Source: Parcubacteria group bacterium (GTDB lineage Bacteria; Patescibacteriota; Minisyncoccia; Phycocordibacterales; Zambryskibacteraceae). From it: a DNA stretch of 50,503 nt. Both the position numbers and the translations under genes were made by a program. Shown piece by piece: positions 24,068 to 33,057 of this stretch. The stretch covers positions 1 to 50,503 of the forward strand of contig JAQBRN010000020.1 in assembly GCA_028286465.1 (NCBI GenBank). The letters are read 5' to 3'. Within the stretch, counting starts at the first letter, position 1. Each line of letters opens with the position of its first letter. The notes beneath the pieces are model-generated. The model worked only from the letters and a program-made list of their open reading frames with translations. It did no database searches and was not told where the DNA came from.

Positions 24068-24483
24068 GCCTGCTGATTCTCCGCATACTTCTTGAAGTTG
24101 TCGAGGATGGCCTGCCAGCCACCGCGCTGCATTTCTTCGGAGTTCACTTGCTCCGCTTCGAAGGTCTCTGAGATATGTACTCCGTTATCGATTTCGATGA
24201 AGGAAACGGAGACGGTGCGTTCATCGTCGAGGGTGTAGGCAAGAAACTTGTTCGGCACGACTTCCGTGTATATGCCCGGAAGATCGAATGAGACGGATTT
24301 GTCTTTGGCTGCAAGGGTGAAGACGAATCTGCCGCCGACCCGTACGTCATTGACCGCTGCGGTACACTCCCAATCCTCCGATGCGTGCATCCACTGCTCG
24401 ATATGCTCGGGAGCGTTCCAAAGGTTCCAAACCGCATCCATGTCTGCCCGCACCGTCGTCTCGATCGTAATGATTGTATTCAT
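24064..24483 (-). CDS. SRPBCC/AHSA1-like domain protein
   Basis: 139 aa with an Aha1-like/START-fold pattern (VWNLWNAPEHIEQW ... GGWQAILDNFKKY). Confidence 0.7.
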   Translation of the reverse strand: MNTIITIETTVRADMDAVWNLWNAPEHIEQWMHASEDWECTAAVNDVRVGGRFVFTLAAKDKSVSFDLPGIYTEVVPNKFLAYTLDDERTVSVSFIEIDNGVHISETFEAEQVNSEEMQRGGWQAILDNFKKYAENQQA

Positions 24484-24488
24484 AATGA

Positions 24489-24923
24489 TTATATTGTAAC
24501 AAACCGGGAAAGAATGTGAACGAAATCGATCCGGCCCTTATATCGCTTCAAAAACTCCTCGATTTCTATAACCTCCCTCCCGAAGGCATCCTCGCTTGGG
24601 GTAAAGGTTCCGAGTTCGAAGTTCTTCGTCTCATATATAAGCATTACCTTGTCCTTATATGCATCCTGGTCGTCCGATTCGATAAATGCGAAAGGCCGCT
24701 CATGAGAAAAGCTTGCTCCCGCTTCTTCTTCGACTTCGCGTACCAATGCCTCCTCGGGAGTTTCTTCACCTTCGATATGTCCGCCGGGGATCTCCCATCC
24801 GCGGTCGTTGTGTATGGCGAGAATCTTCGACCCTTCCGTGGCGATGAGAAAGACCGAACTGATCGATTCCTTTTCGGGAATCACATTCCCGTCATCGATA
24901 TATTTAATAAAAAACTTTGTCAT
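24489..24923 (-). CDS. Nudix hydrolase
   Basis: The Nudix box GHIEGEETPEEALVREVEEEAGA is intact. The preferred start is MTKFFIKY (ATG at 24923). The longer track ORF would overlap the upstream gene. Confidence 0.8.
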   Translation of the reverse strand: MTKFFIKYIDDGNVIPEKESISSVFLIATEGSKILAIHNDRGWEIPGGHIEGEETPEEALVREVEEEAGASFSHERPFAFIESDDQDAYKDKVMLIYETKNFELGTFTPSEDAFGREVIEIEEFLKRYKGRIDFVHILSRFVTI

Positions 24924-24931
24924 GACAACAG

Positions 24932-25600
24932 CTATGCGATGATTCCCTTCCACGGTATGGTATTTTCTTCCGTCAAAACCAGACGCGACTTCCCATTCAC
25001 TTCCTGGCCTTCGTAGATCGTGACCGAAGCATTCGCGAACACTCCGTTGTGATATTTGTCCAAAGATTCCTCTATCGAAAGATGATGAATGAGCCGCTGA
25101 AGAACGATGAGCCATTGTCCATGGACTGCGCAGAGCACTCGCTGGCCTTCGTAATCTCTATTGAGCGTCCCAAGGAAGCTGTGCACGCGAAGTTCGACGT
25201 CGGCCCAATTCTCTCCTCCCCATGGACGATAGTGATACAAGCCTTCTCGTTCCTTGCGCGCAATTTCTTCCGGGAAGCGCTCCGCCATCTGTGCCTTCGT
25301 CATTGTATGCCAGATACCGCGCTGCGCTTCAGCAAGACGCGCATCTTCATAAACGCGTACGCCGGGGTACATCGTTTCGAGTGTTTGTCTGGTTCTTGCG
25401 TAATACGATTGATAGTAAAGATCGAAATTACCGAATCTTTCCTGGAGATACTTACCCGTCAGTTCGGCTTGCTGTATGCCCCGAGGAGTGAGGTTGTATA
25501 AATGCGTCGAGAGATCGAATTCGGCGCGCTCATCGACTGAACGGATATTCCCTTCGGATTCCGCATGCCGCACAAAGACGATGAGTTTCGGCCAAGCCAT
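24932..25600 (-). CDS. Histidine phosphatase (phosphoglycerate-mutase-like) family protein
   Basis: The N-terminal RHG-type motif LIVFVRHAESEGN and a downstream AVHGQ His are present. Confidence 0.8.
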   Translation of the reverse strand: MAWPKLIVFVRHAESEGNIRSVDERAEFDLSTHLYNLTPRGIQQAELTGKYLQERFGNFDLYYQSYYARTRQTLETMYPGVRVYEDARLAEAQRGIWHTMTKAQMAERFPEEIARKEREGLYHYRPWGGENWADVELRVHSFLGTLNRDYEGQRVLCAVHGQWLIVLQRLIHHLSIEESLDKYHNGVFANASVTIYEGQEVNGKSRLVLTEENTIPWKGIIA

Positions 25601-25636
25601 AAACGCAGAGTATCATATGAAGCCGAATTTTGCATT

Positions 25637-25664
25637 AAAAAGCCCCATATCAGTGATACGGGGC
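25637..25664 (-). terminator. Terminator of the PspA-like gene
   Basis: Stem GCCCCATAT (25642-25650) / ATACGGGGC (25656-25664, one mismatch at 25649/25657) with a minus-strand T-run. Confidence 0.7.
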
Positions 25665-25703
25665 CGAAAGAGCAAAGAACTAAAGAACTGTTGATGAATA
25701 CTG

Positions 25704-26414
25704 CTAGACCGCTGCGAGCGGCTTGCCCTTCGCGATCTCGGCCTTGCGCAACGCGATACGCGCAGCGACTTCCGACACCACCTCGCTCTGAGCTGTCGTG
25801 TCGCCGAAGTGGCCCATGGCCATCTTGAACTTCTCGTCCGCGGCCGCATTCTTGCGGCCGATCTGCTCGACCAAATTGTCGACCGAGCCGGAATCCGCCG
25901 CGAGGCCCGCATCCGCCGCTGCATTGAGCGCCTTGGCGGCCTGCTCCTTCGCCCCGGCGGAACGTGCCTGCGTACGCAAGAGATTGAGCTGCTGCGACAT
26001 CGAGTCGTGCTTCGACTTGAGCGCATCATGCGCATTCTCGAGCTGAACCACGGTCTCGTGAGCCGAGTTGGCCTCGTCTTCCGCGGCCTTGATCTGACCT
26101 TCGATCTCGATGACCTTGGCCATGCGGTCGTCGGCCAGATGATCATCCGACTTGTCCTCGTTGCCGAGGAGCGCATCGATGACCTCCTGCTGCTTGGCGA
26201 GATCCGCATCGAGCTTCGCCTTCTTGTTCCGGGCGAAGCTCTCGGTGCCGCGCGCTTCGGCGAGATTCGAGTCGAGGCTTTCCATCGACGTCTTGAGGTC
26301 GCGGGTCATTTGCTCGACCGCGCCGACGTTGTTCTTGTCGATAGTGCGATCGAGTGCGCTGTGGGCGATGGCCAGGATTGCGATCCGGCCCTTGCCCAGA
26401 AGAGACTGTGACAT
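25704..26414 (-). CDS. PspA/IM30-family coiled-coil protein
   Basis: 236 aa, all-helical. The N-terminal LAIAHSALDRTIDKNNVGAVEQMTRDLKTSMESLDSNLAEARG parallels the PspA N-terminal helix pattern. Confidence 0.6.
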   Translation of the reverse strand: MSQSLLGKGRIAILAIAHSALDRTIDKNNVGAVEQMTRDLKTSMESLDSNLAEARGTESFARNKKAKLDADLAKQQEVIDALLGNEDKSDDHLADDRMAKVIEIEGQIKAAEDEANSAHETVVQLENAHDALKSKHDSMSQQLNLLRTQARSAGAKEQAAKALNAAADAGLAADSGSVDNLVEQIGRKNAAADEKFKMAMGHFGDTTAQSEVVSEVAARIALRKAEIAKGKPLAAV

Positions 26415-26475
26415 TCGTACTCCAGGAATTGGAAGTGATACTTCGTGAACCTGCGGGTACTACACCTGCGTACTG

Positions 26476-28749
26476 CTACTCGACCGAACCGCCGTCGTCC
26501 TGATTGTCGGACGAATCGACGCTGTCGCCGTCGTTATTGCTGCCGCCGAAACCGGTCGAACCACCGTCATCGTCGCCTTGGCGCGATGATACGACACTCA
26601 GCCGTTCGGCTTCTTCACGCTCGGCACGCGCTGCCGCGAGGACGCGTTCTGCTTCCATGCGCTCTTCGTGTACTTCGGCGTAATGCTGGTCAGCCGTCGA
26701 TTGAATGATGGCGGCCTGCCGGATGATCTCGTCCGTATCGCTCATGAGAGCGAGTTGGGCAAGCATCTGGTCTGCCTGGCTGGTGTACTGGAAGACGCCG
26801 GGACCTGCATACGATCTGTAGCTCGTCGCGTAACTCGTCGTGCGAGCGAGCGCTGCCTGTGCGTCGCGAAGCGCGCTTTGCGCGAGCTCTCGCTTGCGCT
26901 CAGCCGCATCGTGCTGCTTCCTTGCTTCATCGAGAATGCCGTTGACGGTCTTCTGGATTGCCCTGACGCTTCCGAGGGTAACGAGATAGTCGAGCTTTTC
27001 CTTTCCGCCCGCGAGATACTGCCGGATAGCGGCGAGACCTTCCGATAGCTTGTCGAGATCCTTTTCGAGGGAATCGACGATGTCACCGTCGTACCTTTTG
27101 ATGTACGCTCGCGCTTTGACGATATCCGTCTCGGCTCCCGTCAGCTCTTGAGGAGCATCGTTCTTCGCTTGAAGAAGATCCTTCTCGAGAGAGAATACCG
27201 CGTCGACGAAGGACTTCGTCTCGTCGAGGAGTGTCATGCACTCGCCCGAAAGACTGATTGCGTCGTCGAAGCGCTGCCCCTCCATGGACGCTGCGGCCGT
27301 GATGGACGGAATGTACGCACGAACCTTCGAGAGGCGCTTTTCGGTCTCGACGCTATAGTCGCGGACCGAAGCCCACGAGGTTGGTACGAAATCCGAAGAG
27401 ATCCTTCCGAGCGCTGCCTGCCCCTTCGCTACCTCCGCCTCCATGAGCCGGAGCCGCGAAGAAACTTGCTGCGGCGCGTCCGCGCTTGCCTTTTGCTTTG
27501 CGGCAAGTGCGTTCAAACCGCCTTCGACAGCGGCGAGGGCCTTGCCCACAAGATCGAGCTGGCGGAAAAATTCTCCCACCTGTCCCGAACCAAGCGCGGA
27601 CTCCGCCGCATCGACACTTGTCTTTGCGTCGGCGGCCTGGCCTTCGATTCCTCCGATATTGAATCCCCGCTGCTTGAGACTCGCCACGCTTTGGTTAAGT
27701 GTCGCGAGTCTTCCTTGCAGCGCACGAAGCTGATCAGGAGCGCTTTTGGCACGCTCCTTGGCGTTCTCGATCGAGGTACGTACGCCGTCGATCAAGCACT
27801 TCGCGTCGTTCAGGCTGTTGAAGATACCCTGGTACGAACGTTCCATGCTTCCGTACTCCGCCACGGAGAGCGAATCCTTTTCGGGATCGTTTCGTGACGA
27901 AGACAGCGACGAATAGCTCGTCGTCGCGCTTGTGAGGGCGCGGCTGGCCTTGTCGAGATCTTTCTTCAAGCTGAGGGCATCGGCTTCCGTCATCTGTTTC
28001 GCCATCGTCGTCGCGAGGATCTTCTCGTCTTCGAGTTCTCCTGGCAACGTATTGACGAGATTCGAAGCGCTTGCTCTCGCGGTGAGAGCCCTGCCTTGCG
28101 CTGCACGCCGCTCATTACGTTCCTGTACGAAGCGTCGAATGAGAATGGCGATGAGCGCAAGCGCTCCGAGTACCACGATCCAGCCGAGCACCTTCCACAA
28201 TCCCGAAAGATCGGCGGGAGGAGCCTGGTTGATAATAGTCGTCGGGGCCGCAGGCGGCTTCAGATGCGCATTGACGAGTCTTGTGAGACTACTTACGCCG
28301 ACAGCGAAGCCGGCGGCATAATCATGATCTCTGAATCGCGGAAGCATGTCGTTTCGAGCGATGTCCTTCCATGTCGGTCCGAGAGTGGCGCGCCACGCGG
28401 CTCCATAACGGACGCCGACGTCGCCACCATCCACGGAATACATGACCGCCACGAGATTTCCTCGCGTCACGGTGTCGCCCGGCACATGCCAGGAATCACA
28501 GCGCGCCTTTTCTGCGGCATAGTACGGATTCGTCTTCCCCTTCCGGAGAGTGCGAATACGGACCGTCGCGCCAAGCGCTTGCAAAGAATCGGCGGTCGCC
28601 TGGACCTTGCCGAGATCCTTGCCGAACACGTTCGCGTCGTCGACGATCACTGCATCGCAGCTACCCGTCGATTGGGCAGAGAGCGGTATCGCTGCGGCCA
28701 CCACGAAGGTGAGCACAGACAACACCGACCGTCGTATGAGGTTCTGCAT
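26476..28749 (-). CDS. TPM-domain membrane protein with a ~520-aa helical cytoplasmic region and an acidic Gly/Asp/Ser tail
   Basis: It has a signal peptide, then a TPM-like domain (AVIVDDANVF...NLVAVMYSVDGGDVGVRYG...MLPRFRDHDYAAGF). A TM segment (WKVLGWIVVLGALALIAILI) follows, then long heptad-rich sequence. Confidence 0.6.
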   Translation of the reverse strand: MQNLIRRSVLSVLTFVVAAAIPLSAQSTGSCDAVIVDDANVFGKDLGKVQATADSLQALGATVRIRTLRKGKTNPYYAAEKARCDSWHVPGDTVTRGNLVAVMYSVDGGDVGVRYGAAWRATLGPTWKDIARNDMLPRFRDHDYAAGFAVGVSSLTRLVNAHLKPPAAPTTIINQAPPADLSGLWKVLGWIVVLGALALIAILIRRFVQERNERRAAQGRALTARASASNLVNTLPGELEDEKILATTMAKQMTEADALSLKKDLDKASRALTSATTSYSSLSSSRNDPEKDSLSVAEYGSMERSYQGIFNSLNDAKCLIDGVRTSIENAKERAKSAPDQLRALQGRLATLNQSVASLKQRGFNIGGIEGQAADAKTSVDAAESALGSGQVGEFFRQLDLVGKALAAVEGGLNALAAKQKASADAPQQVSSRLRLMEAEVAKGQAALGRISSDFVPTSWASVRDYSVETEKRLSKVRAYIPSITAAASMEGQRFDDAISLSGECMTLLDETKSFVDAVFSLEKDLLQAKNDAPQELTGAETDIVKARAYIKRYDGDIVDSLEKDLDKLSEGLAAIRQYLAGGKEKLDYLVTLGSVRAIQKTVNGILDEARKQHDAAERKRELAQSALRDAQAALARTTSYATSYRSYAGPGVFQYTSQADQMLAQLALMSDTDEIIRQAAIIQSTADQHYAEVHEERMEAERVLAAARAEREEAERLSVVSSRQGDDDGGSTGFGGSNNDGDSVDSSDNQDDGGSVE

Positions 28750-28807
28750 TCATCCTCCAGTAGTGTGAAAGAACACCGCTACAGTACCTGACCATAGCAG
28801 CGGTCAT

Positions 28808-28835
28808 ATATTACACAAAAGTACTATATTGTCAA
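28808..28835 (-). promoter_or_regulatory. Promoter TTGACA-N16-TAATAT of the TPM/PspA unit
   Basis: Minus-strand TTGACA at 28830-28835 and TAATAT at 28808-28813. Confidence 0.45.
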
Positions 28836-28854
28836 TGTCTGTTTTAAACAGTTT

Positions 28855-30597
28855 TTACTGAGCGTTTTGCAAGAGACCGCCCCATTCGACAAGCGTGAAG
28901 CCGACGCGCGGGATCGACGTCAGATGCTCGACAGGAAGAGCGATCGGCTGCGGAAGACCCTGAAAATCAAGAAAGACTCTGATAACCGTATCCGGCTTCG
29001 GCCAGACGACGAGCGGCGCGAGTTTGTTCATGTCGGCGGTCGAGAGCCACGTCAGACGAACATAGGGAGCGTCGGGCATCTTCGGCAGCCAGAAGTCGAG
29101 GAAATCTTGCGTTTCCTTTTGCGAGAGACCTAGCTCCTTCAGGTTGGATACGATTGTCGTTTTCACTTCTGATTGAGAAACGACGATGCCTTCCGTAATT
29201 TCGGGATATGCGCCGTTGCCTGTTCCCTCCCAGAATAAGGAGCCGTAGGTCTTGCCGCTCGCTGTCGTGAGCATTCCATCCGGGTCGGCCTTTACCTGCC
29301 AGCCGTTTACATAGAGAGGTTCTGACTTCGTGATATCGGCACCGACTTTCACCGACACGTTCGTCGTTTCTGTCGGATAGAGATAAATGACCGGCTTGCC
29401 GCATTCCGCACCCGATCCGTAATTGTCGTTCGTAAAAATGAGGTAGTCTCCGAGAGAATTCTTATACACGACGATCGCATGATGGGCATACCACTGGCTC
29501 AAGCTCAAGTCTTCGAATTGACTGGTCGACGCATTGTACATTCTGCCTCCTTGGCTATAGAAGAACGCGACAGTCGGATTGTTCATATCCTTGAACTCAT
29601 AGACCGTTTCTCCGGTACTCGTTATGCCTGCCGGTTGTATCTCCTTTGAAATATCATGACTCACGGTGACATAGGCTCCAGGAGTGCCGCACCCAGTGAG
29701 GTGCGCATCCTGGTTGAACGGATCCTTGTTTTGCGTACTGTCACTCCAGGTGATCTTCGGCACGCTATTATCCGAGAAGAAGTCGTATGAGACGAAATAA
29801 GAGGAAAAGAACCCGCTCGGCAGCTTTAATTCGAAGTTGTTTATGATGTATTGATTCCGCGTATTTTCGATCTTATAGAGATCGCCGTCCGGAAGCGTCG
29901 CGAGTTTGGTCGCTTTGGAGCCATTCTCATTGAGAGCCGCGAGGTCAAAGAAATCTCCGAGATACGGATACTTGTTGGTGAGCTTGAGTCCGTTGTACGT
30001 AAGATCCGTCGGACCCACGAGACCCTTATAGTATGTCGTGTCGTCGGTACCGACAATGTTCGGAGAAAGTTCGTATCCCTGCTTGCTCATAGCGCCGTAG
30101 ATATTGTTCGTCGACATGAGAGACATGAATTCATATCCTTTCGGAGTCTGTTCAAAAAAGAACAGAGACGGACCGCCCGGGTCGGTTGCGGCAGCAATGG
30201 CAAGCACGATCTTGTTGTTTCCATGCATACCGAGATCGTAATACTGGGTCGGCTGGGGCGCTTCCGTTACAGGCGCGTTCAAATCATCACGGTAACCGAG
30301 AACGAGCTTCAAGTCAGGAAGCGCTACGTGCTTCCCGTTCCATACGACGTCGGTATTCGCATTCTGGCTCGGGAATTCGGTCGTGCTTGTCGTATCTGGA
30401 GTCGAGGAGGAACTACCTGACACATCGCTTACGGGAGTTTTTCTATGCATGAAAAGCATTCCACCGATGATCACCAGGGCAAGGATGACGATACCTGAGA
30501 TAATGACGAGCGGCTTTGAAGAGCGGGATGCAGGCTGAGACACTGGCTCGGGTTCGATAAGGGGAGCATTGTTTGGGATCGGTGTGTTTGGTTCCAT
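28855..30597 (-). CDS. Membrane-anchored extracytoplasmic protein (hypothetical, 580 aa)
   Basis: Pro-rich N-terminus, a single TM segment (LVIISGIVILALVIIGGMLF) and a large beta-rich ectodomain. I recognise no family. Confidence 0.6.
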   Translation of the reverse strand: MEPNTPIPNNAPLIEPEPVSQPASRSSKPLVIISGIVILALVIIGGMLFMHRKTPVSDVSGSSSSTPDTTSTTEFPSQNANTDVVWNGKHVALPDLKLVLGYRDDLNAPVTEAPQPTQYYDLGMHGNNKIVLAIAAATDPGGPSLFFFEQTPKGYEFMSLMSTNNIYGAMSKQGYELSPNIVGTDDTTYYKGLVGPTDLTYNGLKLTNKYPYLGDFFDLAALNENGSKATKLATLPDGDLYKIENTRNQYIINNFELKLPSGFFSSYFVSYDFFSDNSVPKITWSDSTQNKDPFNQDAHLTGCGTPGAYVTVSHDISKEIQPAGITSTGETVYEFKDMNNPTVAFFYSQGGRMYNASTSQFEDLSLSQWYAHHAIVVYKNSLGDYLIFTNDNYGSGAECGKPVIYLYPTETTNVSVKVGADITKSEPLYVNGWQVKADPDGMLTTASGKTYGSLFWEGTGNGAYPEITEGIVVSQSEVKTTIVSNLKELGLSQKETQDFLDFWLPKMPDAPYVRLTWLSTADMNKLAPLVVWPKPDTVIRVFLDFQGLPQPIALPVEHLTSIPRVGFTLVEWGGLLQNAQ

Positions 30598-30629
30598 ATA
30601 GAAATTATAAATGACGACCGTAAGAAGCC

Positions 30630-32336
30630 CTAATTCGGCAATTGTACAACCGTGCCGGCCGGCGTCTCCGTAAGATACCGCGCGAAGGGAACATAGATAC
30701 TCGTCAGGACGTTCTGCTTCGCCATGCCGGTCATGAGTCGTGGATAGAGGTGTAGAGACTGGCTTGGTAAAGCGAAGAAGGTCAGACCTTCCGGGGTAAA
30801 CTTGCCCGCAATGAGAAGCCCTGTTTGCGTGCCGGGGGCGAACTGATCGAAGAGCAGATTGCCCAGGGAGTAGATGATCGGCTTCCCTCGATAAAGCTCC
30901 GTATCTTCAATGACATGCGGATGACTACCCACCACCATGTCCGCTCCCGCATCGATCCACGAGTGCGCAGCCGAGGCTTGCTCCGACGTATGCATCGTTG
31001 AGTACTCGATCCCCCAGTGCGGCATGACGAGAACGCGCGTCGAAGGATCCTTTTTGAACTTTTGTATAAGGGGCACGATCGACGCGGGATCCTGATTCGG
31101 GAAGGTAAGATTGATGCCGATCACCTCGAGCATCATGCCTTCACCTTTAAACTCCGCCGTTTTCGCCACGCTGCTTTCCGTCGGACCGCCGAAGGCTTGA
31201 ATGTTCGCCGCATGTAACAACGTTCGGGTCGTGTCGAGACCTTCCGCACCGGCATTGTTGCTGTGATTATTGGCAAGGCTCGCTCCGGTAATGTGAAGGA
31301 ATGACAGAGTCTTCACGATATCCGGAGAAAACTTGAAGGTCAGATCGTCGCTCACGACGCCGTCCTCGATCGGCCCGTTCGTAATGGCTCCTTCGAGATT
31401 TATAAATGAGGCATCGGTACCCCAGAAGACCCTGTCACCAAGATCTTTGAAAACGTCGTTGAAATTATTCTTAAAGGTATGATTCACCAAGCGGGCGAAC
31501 ATCATGTCTCCTCCGATGATGAAGCTCACCTGTTTTTCCGGTTCGGTTTTCTCGCCTGCTTCATACCAGCCGAACACATGGGTAGTAGATTCCATATCAG
31601 GATCCTTGTAGATAATTCCGGAGTTGGTGTGATTCTGTAAAGCGAAGTGAAGCGTGCCGTGATCCTTCGCCCATAAAGTAAGGAGTGCGAGCGCGGGACC
31701 CGAATCCACTTCCGCCCCGGTGAGGACGTCATTCGTATCGAGCGCTTCGAGATCGCGGATCGATCGATCATCATGAAGCTCGCCGAGAAGCGCCGGCTGA
31801 TAATGCGAGAAGTCGACGGACGCGATCATCAAGCAATCCTTACACGTTGCTTCGAGACTCTTTTCGAGCTCGAGAAGCTCGTCCTCGGTCGCATGTTCGA
31901 AGATGAGAGGCACGAGCAGGGCGTTCGGGAAATTCGCATGAATGTCTCCGAGAATATTATAAATGCCATGCTCGTTCGTGAAGCTCGAAGGTTCTTTCGT
32001 CACGAGCTTCGTTCGAACGAGAGACGAGATGACGCTTTGGTCGGGCGGGATGTCGCCGTCGGCAAGGTGCCAGATTTCGTCGGTCGTCTGGATCCTTCCC
32101 TGGCCGGCATCGTAGTGATTCGGCGAGATAAGGATGATGGTCTTCGGCGGTGTGATGCGCTTCGCAAGTTCCGAGAAGAACTCCGCCCGAGCGCCGGCCA
32201 CGAGATCGTGATGCGGCACGACCGCGGCGAAGATAGTACTCTCTTCGACTCTCGTTGTCGTCGTATATGCATACCGTCCTCCGAGTGCCGCGAGTGCGAT
32301 GAGAACCGATGCCGCCAGGACTTTCTTAGACATCAA
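30630..32336 (-). CDS. Fusion protein: Memo/AmmeMemoRadiSam-B-like domain + CapA (PGA_cap) metallophosphatase-like domain
   Basis: The N-terminal half has AAVVPHHDLVAG...ILISPNHY...SVDFSHY. The C-terminal half has IIGGDMMFAR...NLEGAIT...ANNHSNNAG...MPHWGIEYS...VVGSHPHVIE...YSLGNLLFDQ. Confidence 0.65.
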   Translation of the reverse strand: MMSKKVLAASVLIALAALGGRYAYTTTTRVEESTIFAAVVPHHDLVAGARAEFFSELAKRITPPKTIILISPNHYDAGQGRIQTTDEIWHLADGDIPPDQSVISSLVRTKLVTKEPSSFTNEHGIYNILGDIHANFPNALLVPLIFEHATEDELLELEKSLEATCKDCLMIASVDFSHYQPALLGELHDDRSIRDLEALDTNDVLTGAEVDSGPALALLTLWAKDHGTLHFALQNHTNSGIIYKDPDMESTTHVFGWYEAGEKTEPEKQVSFIIGGDMMFARLVNHTFKNNFNDVFKDLGDRVFWGTDASFINLEGAITNGPIEDGVVSDDLTFKFSPDIVKTLSFLHITGASLANNHSNNAGAEGLDTTRTLLHAANIQAFGGPTESSVAKTAEFKGEGMMLEVIGINLTFPNQDPASIVPLIQKFKKDPSTRVLVMPHWGIEYSTMHTSEQASAAHSWIDAGADMVVGSHPHVIEDTELYRGKPIIYSLGNLLFDQFAPGTQTGLLIAGKFTPEGLTFFALPSQSLHLYPRLMTGMAKQNVLTSIYVPFARYLTETPAGTVVQLPN

Positions 32337-32361
32337 GCGGTTCTTATTTCCATGAGCGATC

Positions 32362-33039
32362 CTAGTTAAGGATCTTTATGTCTGCCGTGGAACGCAGCTT
32401 CAGGACGTATGCATCAATGAGGTTCCCCTGCTTCTGTTGTATGACGGCCTGCTTCACCTGATCATGGACGGTCGCGAGTGCGGGAACGCCCGTTTGTCCG
32501 GCTGCTGCTTGGTCGTAGAAGGCCTTGATCTCGGCTTCGCTTGCCGTCACGGAGGAAAGGCCGAGCGTCTGATCGAGGTAATTCTGGATGACGAGGTTGC
32601 CCGATATCTCCGCCTTCAGCTGGTCTTCGGTCACTCCTTGCGAAGCGAGTGCCTGAGTGTATGCGTCCTGAGTCTGAAATTGGCTTTTAATGGACGAGAG
32701 GCTTGCGTCTATCTGGGTCGATGATGCGGTAATACCCGCCTTCTCTGCAGCCTGCTTCAAGAGCGTCTTCGCGATAAGCGAGTCGAGCGCCTGGGATTTG
32801 AGCGTTGCCTGCGCATCGGTCGTCGTGGCAGCGACGCCCTGGCTGATTTGCAACTCTGCCGCAGTCAGATCGCTTTGCACTATATTTTCTCCATTCACTG
32901 TCGCGACCGGAGCATTCGCCGTTGCAGCAGGCCCGCTTGTCGCCGCACGATGGGAAAGGATATACCATCCTCCCGCGATCAACACGATGAGAATGACAAC
33001 AGAGATAATGGTTTTGTTTGAATTGGTCATGATGGGCAT
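32362..33039 (-). CDS. SurA N-terminal-domain-like chaperone (no PPIase domain)
   Basis: TM anchor, then VATVNGENIVQSDL...ALDSLIAKTLLKQAAEKAGI...AEIKAFYDQ. Confidence 0.5.
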   Translation of the reverse strand: MPIMTNSNKTIISVVILIVLIAGGWYILSHRAATSGPAATANAPVATVNGENIVQSDLTAAELQISQGVAATTTDAQATLKSQALDSLIAKTLLKQAAEKAGITASSTQIDASLSSIKSQFQTQDAYTQALASQGVTEDQLKAEISGNLVIQNYLDQTLGLSSVTASEAEIKAFYDQAAAGQTGVPALATVHDQVKQAVIQQKQGNLIDAYVLKLRSTADIKILN

Positions 33040-33057
33040 TATTGTACTCCTTAGGAA

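Noticed and set aside
25613-26411. Alternative-frame ORFs across the PspA-like gene (25613-26209 minus, 25809-26411 plus)
   Set aside because: They are Ser/Arg-rich or Arg/Leu-rich low-complexity translations. The 25704-26414 frame gives a coherent helical PspA-like protein with an SD and a terminator.
26415-26475. A direct repeat CGCAGGT x2 (minus-strand reading) in the TPM/PspA intergenic spacer
   Set aside because: It is only 7 nt with two copies and has no symmetry or terminator features, so it is probably chance.
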